Shown here in pieces: positions 1 to 12,361 of a DNA stretch of 64,000 nt. Every line of letters begins with the position of its first letter. Position 1 is the first letter of the stretch. Below the pieces are notes generated by a model. That model was given only the letters and a program-made list of their open reading frames with translations. It was not told the DNA's origin and did not search any database. The DNA is from Octopus vulgaris (lineage: Eukaryota), in NCBI GenBank assembly GCA_951406725.2, contig OX597816.1, forward strand, positions 77,438,001 through 77,502,000. The letters run 5' to 3'. The position numbers were made by a program, and so were the translations under genes.

Positions 1-2
1 AG

Positions 3-156
3 TTATTGTTGTAGTTGTTGCTTTGGTCTACTGGTCTCTTTGTTACTTGAACTACTGACAGATTTACTGTAAATAATGATCACTGCTATTGACTCAAGCT
101 CACACATTTTAGGAGAGGAGTGGAGTCGATTTAATCCACACCAGTATTACTTTACG

Positions 157-189
<33 letters not shown>

Positions 190-1635
190 ACACATGTATA
201 TACATACAACTACATATAGGCATGTATGCATATATGTACATATATATTTATGCATAGTAGTAGTAGTAGTAGAGAAAGATCTGGCTGCAATTTCTTAGAG
301 ATCTAGCAACCAAGTACAAGCTTCCTCGCTGTCTTAATGTGTGTGTGTATGTTGTGTGTGTGTACATACATATACATGTACATGTGTGTATTGTGTGTGT
401 TGTGTGTGTGTACATACATATAGATGTGTGTGCGTGCGCGCATATATCAGAGGGGTTGAATAGCTTACTATTTTCATAGTTGAGATCACTTTTTGGGGAT
501 GGGGGTGTTTTTGTTTTGTTTTGTTTTTATAGGGGAGGGGGTCAGATTCACAACTGATTGCCTGTATGGGGTGAGTGTGACAGGCTTCTGCATAGTTTCC
601 GTCTCACAAATTCCACTCACAACGGAATTCGTCGGCATGGAGTTAAGCTACAAGAAACATACCTAAAGTGTCCTGCAGTGGAATCGAACCAGGAGCGATA
701 TATTTGCAAAATGAAGTTGTTAACAATGCAGCTATTCTAACAGTCAAAGTATTTTATTTTATCAGCTCCAAAATAATTCTTTCTAATTTTGATGCAAGTG
801 GAGGCACATGGCCTAGTATTTAGAGCAGCGGATTCGCGGTCGAGGGATCGCAGGTTCGAATCTCTGACCGGCGATATGTGTGTTTATATGCGAAACACTT
901 ATGTTCCACTCGGCTCCGGCAGAAGGTAATGGCGAGCTTCTACTGACTCTTTAGCCACAACTTTCTCTCACTCTTTCGTCCTGTATCTAGCAGTTCACCT
1001 GTGACGGACCGACGTCCTGTCCAGGTGGGGAACCTATACACCAATGAAACCGGGAAACCTGCACTTATGAGCTAGGCTCGGCTCGAGAAGGAGCAAACAG
1101 CAACAACAACACAACAATTTTGACGGAAGGCCAACAATTTTGAGAGGGTACTTTAGTTTCTCGACCCCGAAAATGAAAGACAAAGTTGACCTCGGCCGTA
1201 TTTGAAATGCTGTAAAGTATTTTGTATGATGCCCTAACGATTCTGCCAGCTGTGTTCTTAGCAATAACCCTTTCAACTATAAGTACAAGGGCTGAAAGTG
1301 GGAGTGGGGTGGAGTGTTAATCCATGTGTTGAGTGCATGTGTGTGAGAGTGAGTATCTGAGTTTGTGGGTATAACTTTGGACCAAAGGCTTGTGAGAGGA
1401 CTTAGGGAAACTGAAAGAAGACCGTCCGGGTGTCTGTATGTGTGTCTCTGTGTTAGTTTCGTCTTTGTCCCTCACCACCGCTTGACAACCGGTGTTGGTA
1501 TGTTTATATCCGCATAACTTAGCAGTTTTCAAAATAGTCCGATAGAATGAGCACCAGACTTAAAGGTATGGCCTGGCGTCGATTTTTGTCGACTAAAATC
1601 TTCAAGCGGTGCTCCAACATGGCCGCAGTCCAATG

Positions 1636-1684
<49 letters not shown>

Positions 1685-1877
1685 AGATAGATTCTTTGTT
1701 TCAGTCATTGGGCTGCGGCCATCTTGGAGCACCGTTTGTCGGCAACATTCATCAAATTCTTTAAGATGGGGTCATAACCCCGAAATATTGGCTACAAGGT
1801 AAGTTTACATTAATTCACATATTTGATTTCTTGAGATTTACTTCACATTGTTTTGGCCTTACCCACGATCTTTTATG

Positions 1878-1975
<98 letters not shown>

Positions 1976-3363
1976 GTATGTATGTATGTATAATCATATA
2001 TCCGCATGCACACACACATACATATATATACATACATATATCTATAAATATATACGTGCGTGTATGTGTGTGTATCTATCTAAATCTATATATATATCGT
2101 TTGTAGAAATACATAAGTCCGGTGGAGAAGCACACTTTAAGATGTAGAGAAGTTAATATTACAGCGGGGTAGGCCGGTTTATAGGGTTACCTTGAGTTTC
2201 TTGCTTATAAGACCCCAAACACTGATGGCCTGAGACCTTTTTTAAAATATGGAGGGGGAAAAGCCTCGTTTTTAAGGGTAAAACCCTGGGTGATTATCTC
2301 CTTTGCCACTGTCCATCCATCTATCTTCGGCCGCGCTACCATCTTGCGGTCATCAAAGCACCACGAAAGTAAATGATTGTCTCCCTTCGGCCTTGGCTAT
2401 TGGTTTCTGGTTGTGGTGCCGCCCTGCTGATTCCAAAAAGTCAGCAGAAATTTTCTAAAATGCAAGCATGGTCCGAAAATATCCGTTCTGGAGTTCAGGA
2501 TTCCCCCTGGCACGAACGAGACTTTAAGGTTCCTCATGCGTTCAGCAATGCATAACTTGCGTCATTTCGTCCCGTTTATGTAGGGGCCTGTGTTCTCGAG
2601 TATTTTCCATGCGATCGAGTATGGAATGTCTTCGTCTCGTAATTGCCAGATACGGCTGGCCAGTGATGTCATGTATCTTCTTTCCTGGACTCTGAAGGAG
2701 GACAGATGATTGGAAATACGTTAAGAGAGTTCCCAGTGCACGCCACGTACTTCTGTGGGCGCGTGATGTCGCTGCGCCTGTTGCTGTTGTCGGTGCTGCT
2801 GTTGTGGTGCTGTTGTTGTACTGTTGCTGCTGTATATCGTTGTACGTGTGTATCGTTGGCGATTTCTTCCTCCGTCTTCCCTTCCTTGGATTTTTCCTTT
2901 TTCTATGTTTCTGACGAAGAGCTCCGCTCGAAACGTTAAATCCTCCTTCTTTCTTTCCTTTCCTGAGCGTCCAATAACATTATACTTGTTCCAAGTCCTC
3001 GCGTTGTTGTGTTTTCATGTTTTGAATAACTATATATATATCATATGTATCGTCCGTAAACATACATCCGAAAAAGAGAAGCACACTCTAAGTTATAGAA
3101 CAATATATATTAAAGTTAGATAAGGCCGGATCACCGGCGATCGATAGCCAAAGGGATACAATACCCCTTATTGACATCGGCGAACGATAGCCAGGGGGAG
3201 ACAATCCCCTTTATTGACATTAAGTAACGGAGTCCTTTCCTCCACCTAGTGAAGCCACTCACTAGAGAGATCTTTAGCCAAGAGGTTTTGATGATACGCC
3301 ATAAAGCTAAGCCCTTTATGGACGTGAAATCTAAGGTAATCCCATAAACTGGCCTTATCTAAC

Positions 3364-3427
<64 letters not shown>

Positions 3428-4023
3428 CGGAGATGTACTCGCATAGCAAGTAATTTGATCTGAGATCGTGTGCTGAAACGAAAACAATTGCAGCGTGGAA
3501 GGTGTTTGTAAGCCATTTAAGAAACACACAAAAGCCGTTCGATTCACTTCAACATTTAAGTTTAATTTGTCAAAATATTTTCGTCGCTAAAATCCGCGTG
3601 TGTATGTGCGTGCATATACACACACATACATACATACATACATACATACATACATACATACATACATACATGCATACACAGGCGTATGTACGTACATGCA
3701 TACATACATACATACACACATGTATGCATACATACACACATACATACGTACATATATATGAAGAACTAACTGTTACTTTCTCAGATGCAGCACGGATCTT
3801 TGTCAGTGAACAGGTCGCGGATTTTAGCGACGAAAATATTTTGACAAATTAAACTTAAATGTTGAAGTGAATCGAACGGCTTTTGTGTGTTTCTTAAATG
3901 GCTTACAAACACCTTCCACGCTGCAATTATATATATAAATATAAGTACATATATGTATATATATATATATGTACATATATTTATATACATATATATATGT
4001 GCATTATATATATATATACATAC

Positions 4024-4101
<78 letters not shown>

Positions 4102-4107
4102 TATATA

Positions 4108-4169
<62 letters not shown>

Positions 4170-5828
4170 GCTATATAGTATAGTATGTGAAATTAATGCC
4201 GGATATCACTTTAATTCCTATGTATTAATTTGTGGTCTCCAATTTCTTACCACATTCTTTGCCCTCCAGGTGCTTCGAATGTTAATGGCCTGATTCTTAC
4301 TTTACACAAATGAAGGTCGAACACTGTACAACAGATATGAGTTCCATATAGACCTAATCTAAAGCTTGGTGTCCAAATATAGGTCGTAGAAATGTCAGTT
4401 CACTTGCCTTGTTAATATCCTCTGGAAATGTATAAAACACACGAAACCCCATTGTTTTCTTCACCTGATAATTATTTGTTGTTTTGATTTGTTTAGGGGA
4501 TTTTTATGCTTTGGCGGGGGGGGGGGCAGAGAAAATGATTATGAATAAACAAAAGTCATGAAAACTGTGGTTCAAGTAAGCCCCAGAAAATCCAAGTCGA
4601 TCTATCCTAGGTTTTACTTTTACTTACATACTCATAAGGACAAGCCTGCATGTTACTAATAACCCCTAAATAGGATTTCATTCTTAATACATTAAAAAAG
4701 GCGGTGAGATGCCAGAATCGTTGGCACGTCAGACCAAATGCTCAGGGTCATTTCGTCCAACTTTACACTCTGAGTTCAAATGCTGCAGAGGTTGACTTTG
4801 CTTTTCATCCTTTTGGGGTCGATAAAACAAAGTAGCAGGCAAGTACTGGTGGTGATCATTGTAATCGACTTCCCTCTCCCTCTAAAACTGCAGGCCTTGT
4901 GCCAAAAATAAGAAAGAATCAATATATTAAGAAAGGCGGTGAGCTGGCAGAATCGTCGGACAAAATGCTTGGCGGTTTTTCTTCCTGGCTTTATGTCCTA
5001 AGTTCAAATTTCGCCGAGGCCGATTTTACTTTTCATCCTTTCGGTGTCGATAAAATAAGGACCAGAGAAGTACTGCGATTCGTGCTATTGACTATCCCCG
5101 GCCTCCTAAATTTTAAGCCTTGTGCCTAGAAAGGATTATCTATTATATAAAATCCGTTCTGTCTGTCTGTGTGTGTGTCTTCTAGGATCTCGGGCATCCT
5201 CCATCCGATAGCGCTCAAATTTGATATGTGGATACCAACGGTATCAGGGCGTGTATAAGTCTTGAAAAAATGACAAAAATCGATTCCAGGTGAGAATGCG
5301 ATCGATAAAGCCGTGGGAACGTGCATTTGTACGCGCAAGTACATCAGCTAATGCGATCGATACTACGTGTACGCGAGAAAAATGCACGTGCAGTTTGCGC
5401 AAAAAAAGCCGGCTGGCTTGAAATAATGCCACAAAATGCTGTATATTTAAGAGACCAAAATAGTTAAATTTTGACAACTCAGTACCGTCCATTGGACGGG
5501 GGGGGGCGTTTTGCTCGTTAATATATAAAGAGGACGGTGGCGCGCTGAACTAATATAACATCGGACTAATTGTCTAATAATATATGGCTTCATCCCTCTA
5601 TATTCTAAGTTCAAATCTAGCCAATACCAAATTTACTTTCCACTTTATGGTGCCAATTAATCAAGTGTCATTCACGTGCTTCGGTCGATCCTATTGATTA
5701 TTATTGTGACTTGATGCCGATATGAGAAATCATTATTGGAAAAAAAATGTAAGTATTGTAACAACGACAATGAAGTTCCAGAAATACCTGGGACTACGTT
5801 ATATATCTAAAACAGCAATGTATGTGTT

Positions 5829-5922
<94 letters not shown>

Positions 5923-6226
5923 ATTTTCTTTGGACCAGATCGAACGACTACGTAAGAACTGATGTGATATTGAACGCTTTTGGAATATAACCCCAAATTA
6001 TCAGTAACACAGAATGTATCAATTTGACTACACTACTTCGGAATCTCTTAAGGTTTCGTTAGATTTAAACCAATGGCCATGCAAGCCAAAAGAAATAATT
6101 TATCCATCATGTGCCTTTTCTCGCCGTGAGGTAAAGTAATATCTAATGTTTTGGACGCAGTCGTACTTCGTTTATTTTCGAATTGCCATGCCTAACATCT
6201 CAAGACTAGGACTCACCGTTAATCAT
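3..6226 (-). CDS. Speculative small multi-exon gene (~73 aa; exons 6226-6217, 4665-4628, 4464-4408, 4353-4301, 66-3)
   Basis: Consensus donors (gtaagt 6317, gtgagt 6216, gtaagt 4627, gcaagt 4407, gtaaga 4300) with compatible phases. Some acceptors are weak, two introns are only 54-56 nt, and no homology is recognised. Confidence 0.25.
798..1115 (+). mobile_element. tRNA-derived SINE with (CAA)n tail, nested in another SINE
   Basis: A-box tggcctagt and B-box ggttcgaatc. Degenerate TSD aattttgatgcaa/aattttgacggaa. Same family as 42575-42887. Confidence 0.8.
1880..2100. repeat. (TA)n and mixed microsatellite, representative of dozens of (TA)n, (TG)n, (TACA)n, (AAT)n tracts
   Basis: Direct reading. 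Confidence 0.95.
2436..2762 (-). mobile_element. Penelope-like element, degraded GIY-YIG endonuclease C-terminus
   Basis: Translation [56 protein letters not shown] matches the PLE endonuclease pattern; internal stops. Confidence 0.75.
2904..2940 (+). ncRNA. Minimal hammerhead ribozyme motif (PLE-associated)
   Basis: CTGACGA (2911), stem II gagc/gctc, GAAAC, palindromic aacgtt. A truncated copy lies at ~19327-19350. Confidence 0.65.
3284..3342 (+). ncRNA. Hammerhead-like motif with U3 core and long stem II
   Basis: TTGATGA (3288), stem II acg-ccataaag/ctttatgg-a-cgt, GAAA (3326), short stem III, imperfect stem I. Confidence 0.45.
3486..3928. repeat. 113-bp inverted repeat (3486-3598 / 3816-3928), PLE inverted terminal structure
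   Basis: Arms read as reverse complements; the spacer is mostly (CATA)n. Confidence 0.85.
3799..3848 (+). ncRNA. Type I minimal hammerhead ribozyme, G3:C8 core variant
   Basis: Stem I tttgtca/tgacaaa, core GTGAACA, stem II gtcgc/gcgac, GAAA, palindromic stem III aatatt. Confidence 0.65.
4700..5136 (+). mobile_element. Two tandem copies of the dominant tRNA-derived SINE (Meta-domain-like core)
   Basis: ggcggtgag.tggcagaatcg head and gactttgcctttcatcctttcggggtcgataaa core, repeated many times in the window. Confidence 0.8.
5139..5517 (+). mobile_element. Non-autonomous Helitron
   Basis: 5' TC, 3' hairpin ccgtcca-t-tggacgg then CTCG; inserted between A and T. Second copy at 33460-33848. Confidence 0.8.
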
Positions 6227-6723
6227 CTTTACACACGAACTAGTTTACAAATGTTGAAATGCTGAAATAATATTTTGCTGTGAATTAAACCATAGTGGAC
6301 AGATTTTTTATACTTACCTTAAGAGACTACGAAATTTGGAATTTAGTTGTTTTTATTTGCATGTATATATTTTGAGCATATATACTCCAGTATAATATCT
6401 TTTAATGGAGCTCATGTTGTATCAGTGTATTATAAATTTCGTGAGTTATCAATATAACTTCAATAAGAAAATTAATTCTGTGCTATTTAACATATTTTTT
6501 TATTCATTGTAATAAAGTAAGTAATTTCCTATCGATATCATTGCCTTGTGCAAACAAGGAACTTTCATAAGACTTTGGTTTGCGTGATAAGTTTTGAGAG
6601 GGAAGCTATTTTTGAAGTTATATCTTTCATCTTGGATACATGAGACATTTGAAGTTGAAGATATATTACCATCACACTCTCTAACTGTTAATTTGTGTGA
6701 ATGTATGTTTGTATGTACGTGTG

Positions 6724-6785
<62 letters not shown>

Positions 6786-6819
6786 TATATATATACATAT
6801 AGATAGATAGATATACACA

Positions 6820-6870
<51 letters not shown>

Positions 6871-6879
6871 GCGTAAGTC

Positions 6880-7431
6880 CAGTCGAAGCAATGGAAGCAT
6901 GATAACTCACTACCTCCAAAGAAGGCTCGTGTCCATCACCCAACAGGAAAGCTAATGCTCACAGTCTTTTGGGACCAGCGCAGAGTAGTGATGATGGATT
7001 TTCAAACTGCGGGGTGCCATCAAAGCAGAAAGGCGTAGCATGCTGTCCAGAGGAGCTTGCCTCCTCCAAGACAACGCCCCAGTTCACAATGCGCATGTTA
7101 CCCAGATGAGAGCACCCTCCTGCGGCTATGAAATCCTTTCTCATGTCACCTTACTCTCCCGACCTCGCACCATCTGACTTCTGCTTCTTTCCAACCATAA
7201 AGTCTCTTTTGAAGGGAAATCACTTTTCGGATGATGATGAACTTATTTCCGAGTTAAAGTCTTGGCTTCAGACGCAACCTATCGACTCCTATGGACGAGG
7301 TCTTTACAGCTGCATAAAGCAATGGGAAAAGTGTGTTACTATGTAGTAAAGGACCAATAATTATTCTAAGTTTCGATTATCACAGTCCTTGGGAAGTGGG
7401 TCAAGGAAAATCTTTAATGAACATCCCTCGT
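6880..7431 (+). mobile_element. Mariner transposase relic, 3' half
   Basis: LLQDNAPVH and PYSPDLAPSDF motifs; end aatgaacatccctcgt is TIR-like. Confidence 0.85.
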
Positions 7432-7491
7432 GTATGGATATATATATATATATATAAATACATACATGCATACATACATACATACATGCAT

Positions 7492-7548
<57 letters not shown>

Positions 7549-7928
7549 AATACATACATATGTAGGATAGATAGATAGATAGATATGGAGTGAGAGAGAA
7601 AGAGAGAATATAGATTTTCGTGAATATTGATATTCTTCGAGTCAGAGTAAGGCAAATTTTTGGTAGAGAACGGCATGATCGATTGCACCTACCCGAGGAT
7701 GCAAATGATGCACATTTACATCTGATAACTTTCTCGATTCCAGATTAAATGAAAACCGAAGTAAAACTCAATAGAATTGGTAGTGAGACTGGGTGGTATC
7801 GAAGTGGTTGTAGTAAAACATTCAGTCCGGAGTATTCTGGTATCTCGGCCGACTCCACCTCAGTTGGATTTCTGGTAATAATGCAATACTTATGCATCAG
7901 TGATATAAAACCCCACACTCAACTCGTA

Positions 7929-9105
7929 TTACTCGACTTCTGGTTTCTGTCTATGATAAGCATCAAGCATTACTTTCTTTGGATGTCTGACAAAAAATAA
8001 TTTCTCTTTGGTAGATGTCAACTTGTTATCATTTGCATTGTCCTTGGGTTCTAGCGATGTACTCTCTAATTTGGGATCGCTGTTTCGCGTTTTTCTTTGC
8101 GGTTTTTCTCCAACAATAAGCGAATGGACCAAACAATGACTGCTGTTCGTGTTGAATTTCTGCTGCAAGAATCTACACAAAGGAGCTTTATCCGCTGGCC
8201 GATAAGCATCTCTGCACGTACACACCAATTTCGCCGTCTCTCTCAGGAGGTCAATATCTTTTTTCAACAACTCTCGCATCAAGATATTCTTTTTAATTGG
8301 TTTAGCTTTTATCAGGGATCCGTGAACTGGATAGATTGATTTCCAATCGACATTGATAAAGCCCTGGTTCACTTTTGAAGGATAATTTTCCCCTACATCA
8401 CTAGACACTTCTCGAATATTCTCTTTGTTGTTAAATCTTGATCGGGAATTATTAGTAATGTTAAGCATTCCTTTACAATTTCGTTGTAGTTCCTTTTTGT
8501 ATTTCAAGGACGTTCCATTTTTCATAATCATTGTTCTTTTCTTTTGTTTGCTCAATTTTTTACTGTTTTGAATAGGAACTTTACATTTTCTTTCTGAATG
8601 ACCATACGTTTGCAGAACACGTCGAGTTGAAGTTTTCCCACTTGATGATGTTGGTACTGTCGACTTTTCTGCTGTTTTTCGTTTAGCTAAAAAATTAACA
8701 GAATCATTGTTCTCTTTGGAGTGTAGCTTTTCTTGATGAGATCTTGCATTTAATGTTAAACCCGATTTCTTACCTGATGTTGGAGTTGATGAATATATTT
8801 GAGGGTTAGTATTTTTCTCTTTAGGTAAATAATGAGGTAGCTGCTTTTTATGGTTAAAATTCAGTTTTTCCGGGCGGGTACCTGCATTTTTTTTATCAGT
8901 AGCTACAATACAGGTTTTTGTTCGGCTTAGTGGCACCGTCTGACTAGTTTTGTCGTTTGTCTTGTTTCCACTGACGTTAACATCATTCAGTTGGTTTCTG
9001 TTAGGTTTGTTTGAACGACAAGAAGTAATTGTTTTCTTCGTGAGATGCAACCAGTTCTTAAAAGGTGTGCCACCTGCTTTTGCTCCATTGTTAACACTGG
9101 TAGTC
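7929..9105 (-). CDS. Terminal coding exon: K/N/S/T-rich basic region with a small Cys/His-containing segment
   Basis: The 373-codon ORF extends in frame to acceptor tcaatttcttgacag (9107-9106). Phase 2 matches exon 3. Stop TAA at 7931-7929. Confidence 0.75.
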
Positions 9106-9218
9106 CTGTCAAGAAATTGAATATTTTAAATTTTCTATTACGACTCTTTGATAACAAAGCGAAGCGATAAACAATAGGCGAAGGCAGTTGGTCTCCAGCC
9201 CTAAACATTCTCTATATC

Positions 9219-9286
<68 letters not shown>

Positions 9287-9312
9287 TATGTATGTATGCA
9301 TGTACGTATGTA

Positions 9313-9661
9313 CTCAGCTTTATTTCAAGATTTCTTGCCAGTAGAGAAAGGGCCGGTTTCAAACCTAGATCCAAGGCCCTTTCATTCGAATTTCAACATG
9401 AACAGAGTATTTTTGTATGTATGCATGCATGTATATGTGCAGATTCGTATGTTTTGTTTTATGTATGTATTATCTTGCATATAGTTGCATAGCTATACAT
9501 TCTCATATATACATAAACGATAGACTTATGGAAGGTTTTACAAATTTTTACAGTTCCTGTGATAGATTGAACCTGTAATCTTCGAATCAGCTATCTCCTT
9601 TCTGGTTTTGAGAAGCCTAATTTCTCAAGATTGGCATTTAGGCAGTGTGTTACATATCCCC
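9313..9661 (-). mobile_element. 5'-truncated RLE-type non-LTR retrotransposon (R4/Dong-like) 3' end
   Basis: GYVTHCLNANLEKLGFSK..LIRRLQVQSITGTVKICKTF (one frameshift), aataaa at the 3' end, 10-bp TSD tacgtatgta (9303-9312, 9662-9671). Confidence 0.6.
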
Positions 9662-9824
9662 TACGTATGTATGTGTGTTACATAGCCCAACAAAGTCACC
9701 ATCGGTCACTGATTTTACATCTAGCTATTTTGCTTGTTGCAAATCAGTGATCGATGGTCGCTTTGTTTGCAATATGTTGTTAGCGGTAGCGGACTCTGGC
9801 TATCGCTCTGGCATGCAGGCGCTC

Positions 9825-9862
9825 GCGACTGAAGATGAGCCAAATAGCTCGAAACGGTTCAA
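9825..9862 (+). ncRNA. Hammerhead motif, degenerate stems I/III
   Basis: CTGAAGA (9829), stem II gagc/gctc, GAAAC. Confidence 0.5.
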
Positions 9863-10243
9863 CATAATTTATAGATATATATTTTTTCAATGTTCCATCT
9901 AGGCAACCCAATGCTACAGGGGTAATCTTAGAATTATGGAAACTCTCATAAACTTATTGAGACTAGCCACCAGGAAGAAACTACACGAAGAAGACTAGTT
10001 GCTATAGCAACAACAGTCTGCACATGTCACCTTCCTCCTTTCTCCCCTGCCTTTCGCGCGCCACCACCACATACACATACATCTAAGCAACAACCTTTTC
10101 CACCTACCGCTTTTCCGTCCTGAAGAAGGGATCTTCACCCCGAAATATAGAAATACAAGGTAAAACTGCAACTTTGCTCTGTTTTCTTTTCCTTTTTCTA
10201 GTTTACTTTGCACCTTCTCACATTGTTCCGGCTTTACACAACT

Positions 10244-10303
<60 letters not shown>

Positions 10304-11650
10304 GCTATCCTGCCTTCAACAATCACTTTCTCTATCTCTCTCCCCTTCCTGCTCACTTCAGTCATACAGCCACACACGTGCTATATTGGTACAATTTTTC
10401 TCCTTCTCTCCGGATCTTTCTTCTTTCGACGAAAAGTCATACTGAAAACGTTACAACTCCCACGCTCAAAATTTGCAAACTTTAAAAGCTAATGACTTTG
10501 TTTATTGATTTATTGCGAAAATGAATTTCAAAGCAGTGATTAGCATATAAAACCATATCATTATGCAGAATATAAAATCAATTCGAGCGGGAATTGAAGA
10601 CATTGAAAATTGGCAGCCAAACAGAACAGATACCCAAAATCTTCCAGCAATACCATCCAAATCCATCTCAAATCATGCCCTATGTCTTGTAAAAGGAGTC
10701 GCTGATAATGTGGTTTTGAGTACACTCTGTTTCAGAAAATACGATAAAATCATGGCTAGAACGCCTCTAAATATAGGCCGGATCTTTTATGTCTGGCTGC
10801 ATCAGTGGAAATATCAAAGTTTAGTGAAAATTTTAAAATTTGGTGTACTGATGTAATTTTCCACGCTGAATCTCAGGAAATAATTCACTTTTTCAAAAAC
10901 AAATGTTTAAAAAAGTTACAGAGGTTTGATCATTTTCACCCGTCAGAAAACAGGATTTGGAAGCTTTCATTTTGTGCGTGACAGTACGTGTTGTCAACTG
11001 TAATAAAATGAAACATTGCGGGAATTCTGCTATACGCACGCCATATAACCCCTCACAATTTTTTTTTTTTTTTGAATTCTCCAAAAGTTTTTTTCGAATT
11101 TGTATTCTATACACGAAATTCATATGATTATGCAAAAACCAAAACAAAAATTCTTTGTGCGTGATTTAAGGTCTATTTAGCTATTATTTTTAGCACATTT
11201 CACCCCACCACCCCACCACCCATTTGATAAGTTAAAAATCACTACGTGAATAAGCTTGGCTTGTTACTATGGAAACAGGCACCTATATGTCTGTGGTTTT
11301 CGACTGGATAAAATTACCCAAAATTTGCAAACTTTAAAAGTTATTAACTCTTTATTTATTAATTTTTTGAGAAAATGAATTTCAAGTCAAAGATTAGCAT
11401 ACAAAACTACATTGTCAGACACCAGTAACGTATAATAGTTAGAGAGCATATGACTCTAATTGACAAAGTCAGATTTATGTCCTATCCGAGAAATCTATTT
11501 TAAACATCATCATCGCCCAAGGACACTATTGTCTTCAAGACCTAGTATTTCAAGGGCCGGTTACCCAGTTTCTATGGCGTATAGATCACCGAGATAACAA
11601 CAGTCCCTCTGAACGGACCGCCAGTGCGTCGTAGATATTAGATATTAGAA

Positions 11651-11862
11651 AGGCGGCGAGCTGGCAGAATCGTTAGCACACCGGGGAAAATGCTTAGCAA
11701 CGTTTATTCCGTCGTTACGTCCTGAGTTCAAATTCCGCCGGGGTCGACTTTGCCTTTCATCCTTTCGAAGTCGATAAAATAAGTACCAGTTGAACACTAG
11801 AGACAATGAAATCAACTTACACCCTCCCTCCTTGTTGCTGGCATTCCGACAAAATTGAAACC
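11651..11862 (+). mobile_element. Dominant SINE family copy
   Basis: Same head and core as 4700-5136. Confidence 0.85.
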
Positions 11863-11884
11863 GATATCAGATAAAAGAACTTAC

Positions 11885-12069
11885 TTCAAAAAAATAAGCG
11901 CTCGTTGTTTGCTCTTTTGGTATTCCCATAGCAATAATTGATAATTTAAAACTTTTTCAGAGGAGTTGTTTTCTGTAGTTCGACTTAGTTCCTGTCTATT
12001 CTGGCTATTATTATTCCTATTAGTATTATTTTTTGATAAATGAATTTTCAATATACTGGTCCCGGGACT
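11885..12069 (-). CDS. Coding exon 3 (SPGTSILKIH...QRALIFL-K)
   Basis: Acceptor ttcatattttatag and donor AA|gtaagt. 185 nt, open only in the phase 0 to phase 2 frame, which matches both neighbouring exons. Confidence 0.7.
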
Positions 12070-12221
12070 CTATAAAATATGAACGAATATTGATTTACTA
12101 CATTAGTAAAGGTACGCACATTTGTAATAACAGTAACAACAATAACAACAACTACTACTACCACAACAACAGCATCAACGTCATCATTTACAACAACGAC
12201 GACAACAACAACAACAACAAC

Positions 12222-12277
<56 letters not shown>

Positions 12278-12361
12278 GAGAGTGCAAAACTCTGTCAAGG
12301 CAACACCAACATCCTCTCAACGATTAGCCGAAGATGATTTTTAAAATGCGAATATCTGAAA

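Noticed and set aside
798-872. tRNA gene
   Set aside because: It is a SINE head continuing into body, tail and TSD; no poly-T terminator.
10467-11410. ~90-bp diverged direct repeats considered as LTRs
   Set aside because: No TG..CA ends, PBS or TSD; probably fragments of an unclassified DNA element.
12033-12344. Poly-Asn / poly-Ile ORFs
   Set aside because: (AAT)n/(AAC)n microsatellite in an intron.
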